Positions 51,743 to 64,000 of a stretch of DNA of 64,000 nucleotides are shown here, one piece after another. The stretch is taken from NCBI GenBank assembly GCA_013265495.1, contig MU058241.1, positions 993,249 through 1,057,248 of the forward strand. The letters run 5' to 3'. The translations under genes and the position numbers were made by a program. Numbering within the stretch: position 1 is the stretch's first letter; every line of letters starts with the position of its first letter. The DNA comes from Vicugna vicugna (taxonomy: Eukaryota). A model generated the notes under the pieces. The model worked only from the letters and a program-made list of their open reading frames with translations, searched no databases and had not been told where the DNA came from.

Positions 51743-53404
51743 GACTACACGAGTGAACAAACGGGAACACCAAAGTTGCAGGCCTACCAGTCAGACAGTT
51801 AGCTAGTCAGTGATTCATGAGGTTGCCCAACATTCACCGAGCACATTGCACGCACCACGCAGGGTGCAAAGTGCAGAGGATACAGCAGCCAACAGGACTC
51901 CTCCCTCAAAAGGCAGGCGATTTTCCGGGAAGGGAAAGACAGACAAAGGTGAGAACACAGGCTGCCTCTGCAGAAGGGCTTGGGTGCACCGGGGGCGTGA
52001 GGTTCTCCGGGACGCCCATGGGAGCTGCCGTGGGCTCGCACACTGCAGATGCTGAAAGGACCCGAGCTGTATTCCAGAAAGTGCTGCTGGTCTCTGCTCG
52101 AACAATGGGCTGGCAGAGAACAAGTCTGGGGCCCCGCTGGGCTATCAGCCGGTAACTATATCCCGGGCCTGAGAGATAGGAAACCGAGCCTGAGAAAACG
52201 CAGAGGGGACAATGATGGATAATTGATAGGTGGGTACTGGGGAGGGGTCACTGAGGGGGAAGAAAGACTCAAGCGAGAACGGGTCTTCCTGTCCGGGCTT
52301 TGGCACGGCTAGATGGTGACCTTTGATAACCCTGGAGAAAACGGGGTCTGAATGGGGACTGCTGATGTGAATCTGACGTCTTAGTGGTCAGCTTTCTCCA
52401 GACAAAAATCAAAAACAAAACAAAAAAACAAAATAGTATTTTCAACGCTTATAAAATTAATGTTTGAGTCACTCAAATGACTTTGATGTTCTACCAAAAA
52501 AAAAAAAACTCTAAGAAATAATGTTTTAAAATTTAAAAAATTAATGTAATAAACTTATGAAATCTCGGGTTTGCAATCACTCCCGTCATTTTCATGACTT
52601 TGGCAAAATACTTTTATACCTTCTGTCCTAAATCCATTGCTCAATTGTATACTGTATATTGGAATTACAGAGCTAATACATTCAACTTCTCATTGAGTAC
52701 CCTTCTCCTAAACATTGCCCTGATTTACTCCCAAAATTAGCACAAAATGGGTCTGAATACTCTGGATTCTTAAAGTGCATCTATATATTTTTGGTGTTCA
52801 GCTTTCCCGGATAACTAAGACAGAGTATTCCCCCAAGTGAGATCAGAAAAGGAAAAGAAAAGCAGATGGAGGACAGAGAAGACAATGGATGCAGTCTGGG
52901 ACACGGTGAGTTTAGTAAGAACTGCATTAAATCCATAAAATATTCTTCACATCTATACAATATCCATTCCTTCCTTCCAGGGAGAGACAGTAGAATGAAG
53001 TCATGTGATAAATTACCTATATTCTAAAGGCAAATGCCAAAGAAAGTGAAAACTGACCACCTCCTGAATTTATCAAGAGCTACACCACAAACTTTCAAAA
53101 AGTACTACACAAGGAAAAAAAAAAAAACTAAACTAGTCTTTGAGAAAAGAACAAGACTCACTGCTAATTATTTATCTATTCCCATGTCTCTGAGAACATA
53201 CCTGAGCATCAGTAACTTGTTGAGGATTCTCAGTAACACTCCTGCATTTGGAAAGCTGTAAAGAAAAGGTCCGGGGGATAAGGTGAAAGGAAAGGGACCA
53301 AGAGGTGAGTCTGACTGCTCGGCAGGAAGGCAAGGCTGCAGGCCACATTCTCACGGGGAGCAAGCCTCCTCCAAGACGGAGTAGACCCTCCACTCCCCAG
53401 ATCT

Positions 53405-53472
53405 GGAGAGAGAGACAGAGACAGGGAGACAGAGAGAATGAAGGAATGAGAGCTAGAGAGACAGAGGGACAG
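53405..53472. repeat. (GA)n/GACA-rich low-complexity tract
   Basis: gagagagagacagagacagggagacagagagaa... read directly. Confidence 0.8.
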
Positions 53473-53717
53473 AAAGGCGCCTAAATCCATTCTGGAAGAA
53501 AATGGAAGTAAAAATTCCCCCAAAAGCTATATGTTAGCTAAATTTAGAAAAACTTTTTAAGAGCATGAATTCCAATTGTTAAAAAAGAGCTTCAAGGAAA
53601 AGATGATAAAAGTACTGCGTTGAGATTTAAAGAAGAATGATTGCTGAGCCAAGGGAAGAAAGGCCTCATCACTCACAGAAACAAAGAATGAAGGAACCAT
53701 CAGAAGACTACGTACAG

Positions 53718-53832
53718 GAGAGGAAGGGATAGCTCAGGGGTAGAGTGTGTCCTTAGCGTGCACAAGGTCCTGGGTTCAATCCCCAGCACCTCCACTGAAA
53801 ATAAACACCTCCCCTCTAAACAGAAATAAAAA
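53718..53832 (+). mobile_element. tRNA-derived camelid SINE (vic-1-like), shortened tail
   Basis: gggatagctcaggggtagagtgtgtccttagcgtgcacaaggtcctgggttcaatccccagcacctcc. Confidence 0.85.
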
Positions 53833-54987
53833 TGTGAAATGGTGAAAAGAAATGCTTAAAAAAGGAATAATCAAAAGCTTTAGAAAAAGAATCATATTTT
53901 TTAGAAAAGAACACAAGATGCAGGTGACTGTACACGGAATGACTGTTTCCAAGGAGCCATCCGAGAATCACAGTGCGTGACCTGAAAAGGACAATATGGC
54001 TGAAGTAAAATCTGAAAGAGACATGATGACAATTAAGAGGATTATGATGATCCAACAAAAAGATTAAGAACTGCCCCCCCACCAAATAAAGCAGGATTTT
54101 GAAACACATGCTTATTTTTAAAATTTTTACAGGAAGCATAGATGTTACTTTTACAAACGGACTTCACTGAGTCAGGAGGGGAAGGACAGGAGAATGTCAT
54201 AGCAGCTTTCATTTTCAATTTGAAGCAACTAAAATAAAAACAATTTCCAAGGGAAAAAAACTGAAAGCAGCTATGGAAAAATGATTTCAAAACTTTGTGA
54301 AATCAACATATTTGCACTGTTTAATACATTAAAATACGAAATGAATGATTATGAACACAAAATAATTTTCTCCTGAAATAATATAAAAGGAGACATGCGA
54401 CTGAAAAGGACACAGTTTGGGGAGAGGTTGGGGAAGACTTACTGTGCTGGGCAAAGCCCAAAGCTCCTGCTTCTAGGAGAAAAAGCCATTCAGATGTGTA
54501 GACAGAAAAGCAAGACGCCTTCACCGGAGCAGGAAAAAGCCAGGGTAAACTCAGACCTCAAAGCCAGAAGGCAATGGTGAGGTTTCTACATTTCTCCTGG
54601 GGGAAATCTGTTACCCAATAATTTTATGCTCTGAGGCTATTAAAGGAAGTGTAAGAGGAACAGACACCTGAAATGACAGAGAATTTAGGAATACAGTGGG
54701 CCCTAGACAGACAGGACAATGAAGAAAACAATGTAGCCGCTTACGAGATTATGAGAGTATTTAAAATTCAGTTACAGACACAGAGGTTGCCAAACACACC
54801 GAGTGAGCAGTGTGGCTACAGTCAGACACAGAGCAATGGAATGCCCTCGGGCAGTATCATTAGAGAGCAGAGGGCAAACGTTATCAGCCCAGACGAGATA
54901 AAAATAATACTACAAGCTAACAAAGTTGAGTCAACAGAGAGCAGAGGAGGCACCACTCAGGTCTGTGTCGAGCACTCATTTGTTTTT

Positions 54988-55331
54988 GTTTTTTCCTTTT
55001 TAATTTTATTGAAGTATACAGGATTTGCAATACCATGTTAGTTTCAGAGAGCAAAGTGATTCAGAGAGAGATATACATATCTGGAAAATATATACGTATA
55101 TTCTTTTTCATTATATTTTATTACAAGATATTGAATACAGTTCCCTGTGCTAGACAGTAGGACCTTGTTGCTTATCTATTTTATATACAGTAGTGTGTGT
55201 CTGTTAATCCCAAACTCCTAATTTATCCACCGCCACCACCCTTTTCCCTTGTTAAGCCTAAGTTTGTTTTCTGTGTCCGTGAGTCAATTTCTGCTTTGTA
55301 AATAAGCTCATCTGTGTTATTTTTTAGACAT
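54988..55331 (-). mobile_element. Short L1 3' end
   Basis: Poly-T start; 'gatattgaatacagttccctgtgctagacagtaggacc'. Perfect 14-bp TSD actcatttgttttt at 54974-54987 and 55332-55345. Confidence 0.92.
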
Positions 55332-55579
55332 ACTCATTTGTTTTTAAGTTGCAAATTGACGCTGACAGCTGAGTTCCACCACTCAGATGAGACGGAGCCA
55401 ACCCACCATCAGTTCTCGTGTTGACCCTGTTTGTCTTCAACAAAACATCAGATGAGCATCAGTCTCCAACACAGTTCATCTTTAATCATTTTAATATTAG
55501 ACCAGGATTGCTGTCCTTATTTATTTTTTCTATAAGCCTGAGTTCTGTAATGGGATGGGGCTCAGGACATGATACCTCT

Positions 55580-55921
55580 GAGTAGGGGGAACTCCTGCTG
55601 CCTGACTGCTGGGAGCTGGGTCATCACTCCTCTGCTGCCAACAGAGAAACCAGCTTTTCCTGTCCGAGCCCGCTGTCTTCCGGACCGGAACTTAGACCAC
55701 TGGCCCTCCTGGGCCTCAGGCCTTCTTCCTGGGGCTTGGCCTTACACCAGCATCCCTCCTGGGTCTACAGCTGACTGATGGAGGTCCGGGGGCTTTCAGC
55801 CTCCATGGCCGCAGGAGCCAGTTCCTTACTACAAATCTCTCCATCTAGGTCTAAACAGATGTAGACGTGGATACAATGTGTGCCGTTTCTCGTCTGCTTG
55901 CTGAAGACGCCTGACTGAAAC
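55580..55921 (+). mobile_element. ERVL LTR (MLT2-like)
   Basis: 'ctcctgctgcctgactgctgggagctggg', 'ttcagcctccatggccgcaggagccagttccttactacaaatctc'. Confidence 0.7.
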
Positions 55922-57448
55922 CCTCCACGCCCCCCTCGGGAGACAGTCCGAAACGAAGGCTCGTGTGGAGGTCACACTGTTCCTCGGCAGAATGACCATG
56001 TAGGAAATGCCTGTCTTTGGTCATCCTGGCGTTCCTTTCCTCGTCTTCGGCAGCCTTCCCCTCCCTCCTCCCTCCTCCCTCCTGTAAGCCCTCCACATCA
56101 ACCAAAAGCCGTGTGGGGAGAGGGTAGGACCCGCGCTTTCTCTGCCATGACACCACCGTGACGTGCAGAGCACAGGACCGCCTGGGGTTAGAGCATCTCG
56201 GTTAATTCCCGGGACCACACCTGGAAAGAAACAGCCCTGTTCCCAGTGTGTTTTGCCAACAAGGGTGTCTGACAGTTGCAGCTACAGCGGCAACAACACA
56301 AGGCAGAATAAAACAGCAACCAGCAAGGCAGCCCTAATGATGGTCCTGCTACTCCGGCGTCACACGCGTCACCCGGTCTAACACTCAGCAGCCTCTGAGG
56401 AAGCACCATTTCACACAGTTCACAGATAAGCTAACAGGTGAGGGAAACTTCATATGTTGCTCAAGGCCACATAGAAAATTACTGGCAAAACCAAACTGTA
56501 AATTCAGGTCTCAGTCCAAATGCGGACCACTACAGGACCGAAAACGAAATGCCACATAACACGTTCACAACTGCGGAATTTCAGACTTCAGGAAATAAGT
56601 AGAGTGAGATGTTTCAACAGGGTTATTTTTAACACCTTGGAATTACAGACCATGTATACGGGATGGAGGGTCACAGAGAAAAAGTGTGGACAATACACAA
56701 AGCTGAGTCGAGTCTCTCAAAAGCTGACGCTTTCTGGTTATTCAATATTCGAAGTGTTCTCATTTGTAACATTCCTCACCATGGATGCTGTACATTACCT
56801 TTAGTTCGTAATCAGTTTACCAGCAATGTATTTTAAAATAAAGTCACCTTAGTTTTTGTGAGTCGTAAGCCTGACTCCGGATGCCCCTGAGAAAATTTCC
56901 ACCCTCTTCACCTAATGCCACGATTTCAGGAGACACATGGGGAAAATTAAAGGCAACAGGTATTTTTCACGCTGTGTTGGAATCAACTGCAGACATTATA
57001 ATCTCAGAATTCACATTCAGTCCTATTTCCTAATATTTCCTAGAGGCGTATTATGAAATCATGAGCAGGCACATGCGTGTATACACACACACACACACTC
57101 ACACACACATGAAGTATCTTCCTTCCCGCCCCCACAAATAAAGGCAACAAATCTGGCTCTCGGTAAAATAAGATGAAGCAGTTCTGGGCTACAGAAAAGT
57201 CTTACATTTTCCCCAGCTAGAAATTCCTAGAGATGTTAATGTATTGATGTGAATTTTGACTCTTCAAGCCTGAACTATAGTATGCTCTATTCCCCAAACT
57301 TGTATGACCTCCCCACCGCCAAAACACTCATTGCTTTATAGCGTATTTTCCTACGCACTGAACAGCTGCTATGCTGTGATATCAAATCAGCTCCTTTTAT
57401 CTTTACTGACCAAATAACTTCCTATACGCAAAAATAGGCACCACTCCA

Positions 57449-57626
57449 AGGGTTGTCAGATTTAACAAATAAAAATACAAGATGTCACATTAAATTTAAG
57501 ATTCAGATAAACAGCAGGTAATTGTTTACATATACACACACACACATATATATCAGGATTAAATAAAAAACGTGTCTATGTGAAATTCAGATTTAACTGG
57601 GTCCTGTCCTTCTTCTGGCAGCCCTA
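57449..57626. mobile_element. MER53-like palindromic hAT MITE
   Basis: Inverted termini agggttgtcaga ... tctggcagccct; inverted internal arms 'attaaatttaagattcagataaac' / 'tctatgtgaaattcagatttaactgg'. Confidence 0.75.
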
Positions 57627-58148
57627 AACACCACAGAAGACAAAGATGAAAGGCCTCTGGCATTTAGAGTGGATGATGGAGACTTAAAATACCGTGAGGT
57701 GGTGTCCGGAGACTCCCACATCGAGACAATCTTCTGAAAATTGAAACTACCTACTCAGAGCTCTCAGCTTTCACTCTACTGTGTCCCTCAGGTTTACGTG
57801 ACTCTAAAACATCATTTTGCGAAGTGTTTTTTTTGTCTTTTTGTTTACTCCCTCACTGAATTGTACCCTCACGTGATAAGGAATCAACCATAAAGGGAAT
57901 TTACTGGCTAACTGTGTATTTTGCACATAAAAAGTTTTTTTCACTGTACAAATGCACCTCAGAGGGACAAGAAAGAGCTGTAAAGGCCAAAGGCATCAGT
58001 CACGGGGTATCCTCAGATGTACGCGATGGCCTTACACGTTCATCATGATTAACATTTTCTCCGCGCTTTTTTTTTTCCACAGTGACTAACACATCATTAC
58101 TTCTCTTAAGTAATGAAAAGCTGGGAACCTTGCCAAAAGTTATCTTAC

Positions 58149-58246
58149 CAGATGCTCTTTTATCATTTCAATGAGTTTCATCATTTTTCACATCTTGGTA
58201 ATTATATTTCAGAGGTAGAACTCGTGCTGAGCATGGTGGGCTCCTG
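58149..58246 (-). other. Candidate minus-strand exon
   Basis: Acceptor tctctttctgtag|CAG and donor CTG|gtaaga. Stops occur in all frames from the acceptor; only a late ATG frame (MMKLIEMIKEHL) runs into the donor. Confidence 0.25.
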
Positions 58247-61200
58247 CTACAGAAAGAGACCCCAGAAATAAATTACCCTGGTAACGCCACCAATCCTGGG
58301 GACGTAGGGGGCCCTGGCGCGCCTCACCTGCAGCTTGGTTTGGGGGAATCCACTGTTTCCCATTTTGTGCTTCATTTCAACTCACCTTTTCACTCTTGCT
58401 CCACATTGAATTACCTGTGGGGAACCAGTCAACTCTTGGTTTCCCTTTGAGACAATTAACTCATTGCAAATACTCTGGAGTTCGGAGGAAAAAAAAACCT
58501 ACAGGTTCTCTCTCATTAGTCACTCGTGCTGGGATGAAACCACGGTAACATTTCCAAAGAACACAAACAGGCAGGCTTATTTTTAAATGTCTGCTGAGAA
58601 TGATATTAGTTCACATTTGTCTAAACTTCCTTCAAATAACTCCAGACCTGAATCCAGCTGGCCTCCATACATATGATGTCTTCAGTTATATTAATTTGTT
58701 TATTTGACGTACCAGCAAGTTCAAGAAAGGGAAATGTCGGCTTTCCAGAGTTCGGTGCTCATGAGGACAAGCGGATTATTTGTCCTGATAGCAGGGGATT
58801 CACAGCACAAGCAAACGCAGCCCTGACACCAAGAACAGTGGTACCCCTACCCGTTGGCGAAGGCGGCAGAGTAACTGACCAGGCAGACGCTCAGAGCTGC
58901 TCATCACCTCGCTCAGACCAGACCGGAAGGAACCTCCATCCTCACAGCAACCCCGCCTCGTTGGGGAGAACTGGAGCGGACTGGCGTTCTCCACCCTGAG
59001 TTTCATCCTACCCAGGCCTGGTCACTCCTGTTCCATGGCCCTGGGAGGTCACCTCGGTGAAGTCACCCTCAGGAGACGCTTGCTTTCCTACTTCCGACAT
59101 CAAAGCCCGCTGCCGTGGGGACACACCCACGGGCAGACGGCAAGGGATCCTTGTGTGCAGGGAAATGAAGCTTTTTAAGAAAAAAAAGAAAGAAACAAAG
59201 GTCCAGCTGACAAAGGTTGAATGGCCTAGAGACGCAGGAAGAGTTGGAACCATTCAGTTAGGAAGCTGACGGGATGCTCCACGGCTTTCTTTGTTCTCAC
59301 AATTACTAGGATGTTTTCATTAGCCATCCTTTCAAATCGGCTCAAAGAGCCAATTTAAGAGAATTCTCATCTGAGAAGACACTCTTCAGTGTGGGATATA
59401 GTAGAAACTTAGGACCTGAAAAATAAAGACTCTTCTTTCCTTTCTCTATAATTATGTTTTTAAAAGTGAGGTGTAGAGGTGTGCTGATTTGATTCTGAAA
59501 GCCAAGGGAAGAACTTCTTCTAAAACAGGCAGTGAAAGAGAAAAATCTATCATCGTCTTGGAATTAGAAGCGTTCAATGCGACAATGAGCGGAGGTTTTG
59601 AGAGTAGCTATTAACAAACGCCCCATAAAGCTCAAGAGGAAGGAGGGGGTGTTCCTCTGCCTGGGCCCACAGGACTGGGAGGCTGTTGTCACTGCTAAGT
59701 GGATGCTTTTGATCCTCGAGAAGCAGAAAGAGGTTATTCACCCTGCTAAAAGGGCAAGCTCAGAAGTGTTTCTCATGATACCTTGCTGTATGTCTGGAGG
59801 TTAAAAGCTTTTCTCTCCTCTCCCCTCTTTCTCTTTCATTTGCTTTTTCTTTTCTAAGTCTGAAGTCCAAACATTTAGAGCCGATTCCAAAAGACAGATG
59901 GTTATTTTGCATTAGTATTAATTTGGCTGAGTTAAATAAATATTCAGCTGTAAATTGGATGCTTTATATGGTTTGAAATAAAATCCACACAAGTTATGGA
60001 AATGTTGAAAACTAAAATAAACAAGGCTGTTTGGGCCTGAACATACTGTTTCCAAATTGGGTTTTATGAGTAAAAATGAAAAATTTAGTATCTATAAAAA
60101 CTGTATGAAAATATACTCTGAGTTATAGACTTACAGCTGCTTATATACATATATATAAAGGTGATATCTATCAATCGTTCATGATAGTGGTAAATACAAT
60201 ATATAATCAACAGTAAACTATGTATCACTCATCCTTCCCAGGAATAAATATTTTATTTAAAAAATTATTTTAATGGGCCAGTATCTGAATTAAGTTTGGT
60301 TTATTTTGAGCATTTAGTTCTTCCCAGATTTATAAATTTGGATCATAGGAACATTGATAGTCCTGGCAAATAATTTTATGGGGTTTATGAATAAGAATAC
60401 TTGGACGCTATTTTAAAGTCCATTATCCCTGATTCTGGGGTAAAAGTGTGCCAATAGTTTTAACCAAGTGGTTTACTGTGACAGAAGGTGCTAGAGGAAC
60501 TCTGTAAGCGAGCCTGACCGCGGGGATAATTTCAGCGTAAGGAACGGACTTTATTTCCTGACCCGCACAGCAACCTGCATCCCATCCCTCATAACGAAGA
60601 ACCGCTATGATCACCATGTTCTCCGTACTCATTTTTGAGATCATCAGGAAATCTAGAAACAGATCATACTGCAGCAATGTTTCAAAACAATAATCTCGGT
60701 TGTGGTATCATCGACCTTCCCTTTAGACTCTAAAACAAAAGGGTTCATGGTAAATAAGCTACAGCTGACGTCACAAATGTAAATGCAGTGTCTGCATTTT
60801 AGCCTCGGCCCCCCCCCCGACCCTCCCTCACGTGGGAGGCGGTGGTGTGGGCAGCCCCTGCAATCAGAGGTCTTCCTGGCACTGGCAGGGCCTGTGGCTG
60901 GTGCAGAAGGTCCCTCCCTGTGTTGATTATCAAGGAGCTGCCTCTCAGCTTCAAACCACCCTTCTTCCTCTGCCCAGTGAAACGTCCCTCCTTGAGAACA
61001 TGCCTATAACATCAACCATCAGCAGGAGGGACCCTGGAGGGGGTAGGGGCTTCTCCTCCAAGTTCTGATCACCCTCTCTCCCTTTCTGCTCCCACAATGA
61101 GGTTTCCAAGGGGTCTGCCTGGGACACCCAGCAGTGGTCACCCTCCAGTAACTTCTGGTCCTCAGTCCCAGCCCACTAGCGTCAACCTGCTAACTTGGAC

Positions 61201-62589
61201 CAGCTCTCTTCCAGGACAAAGCGAAAACTTACCCTCCACAGGCTGTGACTACATCCTGTCCCCTAACTCTGAGCCCCACCCATGGGGAGGAGCTGTCCCC
61301 TCCCACCTCCTCAGCCCTGCGGTATTCTGTAGGGTTCCTTCTGCCTCCTCTTCAGAGTTGACCTTCATTAGTTGTCAACAATTCTCTGCTTACTTTTACT
61401 GCTTCATGTTACTGGTGTGGTATTTGTCTCCTGTCTGGAGTTCGATGGGCAACATTCCGCAAATCCCTTTCTCTGCACCATGCAAAGCTCCACCCGCTAA
61501 GAAGCAAATATATTAATAATCGTTTCCCAAGTAGAACCCAGAAAGTCGTAGCACTCTCACAAGGAGTTTATTTAAAACAGACCTGTCCCTTCACAGATTC
61601 TCCCAAACAAACCCAGCAACACAGAGGCTTCCGGGGAGATGCAGAGGGTGACAGTACACAGAAATTTCTTCTTTTGATCTCATAGTGTTATCTCCATCCT
61701 GACCACACTACTGACCTCGATGCTTGGAGTTACTTGTGTCAATACTGCCTCCCCCTTAAAACACATCTTCTCAAAAATCCTTAGCATTTACCCGTGTTTT
61801 GCTTATCACTAGATCTAGGCAAGAGATGATGGACGTTTGAACCACATGCAGCAGAGATGAGGAAAATGCCTCTTACCTCAGCAAAACCAAAGTTAGGCTT
61901 GGAAGTGACCCTGAGCAGTTCCTGAGAGAACCTCAGTGTTTGCTGCTACTGAAGCCTTCCTTCACTTTGATTTGGTTAAGTGTCTTTATTTTCAATTATT
62001 GTGCTACTTTTTCCCAACACCTGTATCCTTTATTTAAATCCTTGAGCATTCAAAAGACAGGTAATCTGCATTCTTACATCTCTAGTGTATTTTTCTAACT
62101 ATCAAAGTGTGTTTCTCAGAGTTTCACACTGTGCTATTATTTCCCCTGCGGAAATGTTCTTGTCTTTGAAAAATGGTACCGTTTCCCCTAAATCATAAAC
62201 TACACACTCGCATCAGAGTCACAAAAATAAATTAGTTCTCACCATGGGGCAATGTGGGGCCATCTCCCCCCACCCCTCTTCACAGTAAGAGTCGTGCTGA
62301 ATGGCGACTGTCTTCCAGGGGCTGTGAGAGGCACAGCAACAGGACAGAAAGGCCTCCGTGCTGAGAGGCTATGTGCCCGTGGGAGGGCTCCTCAGTAAAC
62401 AAGCAAACAAGTCAACAAACTCCTCAGCCACCTGGACGGAGCAGGTCAAGCTGGGTCTGAATGTCTGCAGGGCTAGAACGTGCAGGGTCTTGCATCAGTG
62501 CCGAGGAGAGTCATCAAAGGCTTACAAAGAGAGAGGCTGTTGTCCAATTTTTTTTTTTTTGAAGAATTGTTTTGGCTGCTTGTAGCAAA

Positions 62590-63080
62590 TGAACTGCAGG
62601 GTACCAGGAGAGAATCACGGGGCTGTTTAGGAAGCTATCACTAGCTCTAGACAAGGGATGATGGACGTCTGAACCCGAAGCAGAAGAGATGAGAACAATG
62701 GACCTGCTGGGATACACTCAAAAGACCAAGCACGGGGACTTGGGGGTTCAAGGAGAGGGATTAAAGAATGACTTGAGGAGATATTTGGCTTGAGACACTG
62801 GGTGGAGAGTTGTATCATTTATTAAGATCCGTAAAACCGAGGAGATATTCTTACACAAAATTAAATGATCAGTTTGGTACACACATTCAGGATACATCCA
62901 AGCAGAAATGTCAAAACAAACCAAACAAACAAGAAAACGCCAACCAGTTGGATCGGATTCTGTAGCACACAGGAGAGGTCTGCACTAGTGATACACATTT
63001 AGGTGTTAGGAACTAGCAGCCAACGTTTGAAGTGAGGAGAAGGGATGAGAGTGCTTACAGAGAGAGAGCAGAAACAAAGA
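62590..63080 (-). mobile_element. Degraded L2 LINE fragment
   Basis: 'ggaagctatcactagctctagacaagggatgatgg', 'gatatttggcttgagacactgggtgg', 'gagaggtctgcactagtgatacacatttagg'. Confidence 0.6.
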
Positions 63081-63209
63081 GAAGCCCACTGGGGGCAGAG
63101 ACCCACAGACAAGCTGTGGCTGCAGGCTCCATCCGGTTCACACCCTGAGTATCGCGCTCAGCTCCGTGGGGGTTCCATTCATCCTTGACCATCTCGCGGC
63201 CAGTTCTCG

Positions 63210-63335
63210 GCTGGAGGAGTTCTAAACTCAGGCTGCATCTTGGATTTGCGCAGGGGCTTTGAAATAATGATGCCTGGTTCTCATGGTTGCTCTACCCAGT
63301 TCGTGCTAATGTTTACCCGTTTTCAGAACCACTGC
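63210..63335. mobile_element. MER5-like MITE fragment
   Basis: 'ttctaaactcaggctgcatcttgga...aataatgatgcctgg...ttcagaaccactg'. Confidence 0.45.
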
Positions 63336-64000
63336 TGGCTGCTGTTTACTTAAGAGATCTTTGCTAGTTAGATGAACGTAATTGCTGTCTGGCTGAAGGG
63401 ATATATGTAGTTTTGCTATTTTTCCAGTATATGGGCGTCATCAAAGAGTCCCATCATCTATCAAAATGTCAAAAAAATTGTATTAGCAAATGAATTTCAC
63501 CTCAGTATTCCATGTTCTGATCTACAAAGGCAGTGTTTCTTCCCTCAGAGGTTATCCTGCTAATCTGAAATGGTGAATGTGATGTGGCTGGAGGATGCTA
63601 CCAGGATCCCAGAGAGGGACACGAGTCCCAGCTGGAGCATGTGAAGATTTCCTGAGGATAATGGTGCCGGAGCTACCTGGGGGGAGTGGGAATGATGCAG
63701 ATGAAGAAGGATGAGAAGGGAGCCCCAGACCAGGGCAGACACAGGGAGACGTCAGAGCATGGCGGAAGAGAACTGCCCGAGTTTCGGCTGGAACGCTGCA
63801 GACATGGAGAATGGCAAGGAAGACAGTGATCTGAACTGAACACCACGTCTGCAGGCCAGCGAGCCTGCACTTTAGTCTCCAGGTGATGGGACTCATAAAG
63901 GCTCTTAGAAGGGCAGTGGCAAGACCTATTTCTGTGTGGGCCAGATTACTAATCACAACTAGGACATGGGTTTAAATATGTCCAAAGTATGTTCAGGGAC

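Noticed and set aside
60423..60677. Protein-like 84-aa minus-strand ORF with an internal AG
   Set aside because: No convincing donor and no recognisable homology.
16680..60773. Three full CRE palindromes TGACGTCA (16680, 20417, 60766)
   Set aside because: Widely scattered, one lies inside an LTR, and the count is not clearly above chance for 64 kb.

Overview
This is mammalian genomic DNA, very probably camelid (camel/alpaca/llama), judged from five copies of a tRNA-derived SINE resembling the camelid vic-1 family and lineage-type L1 3' ends. I recognise no protein-coding exon; the supplied ORFs look like chance or repeat-derived frames. The window reads as a long intron, probably of a minus-strand gene I cannot name, or as intergenic DNA. 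It is dense in SINE, L1, L2, MIR, MaLR/ERV LTR and hAT DNA-transposon relics. The notable structures are: (1) a CpG island at about 23.5-24.85 kb with promoter motifs, a candidate minus-strand first exon, a diverged 64-bp duplication and a perfect 10-copy 9-bp array (CGCGTGAGG); (2) an intact MER41-like ERV1 solo LTR with a 4-bp target-site duplication (TSD), inserted inside a CpG-rich MER20; (3) three short tandem duplications about 3 kb apart, one carrying a locally templated insertion; (4) two candidate minus-strand exons. I found no convincing novel multi-gene system. Repeat family names come from remembered consensus sequences and need RepeatMasker/Dfam confirmation.
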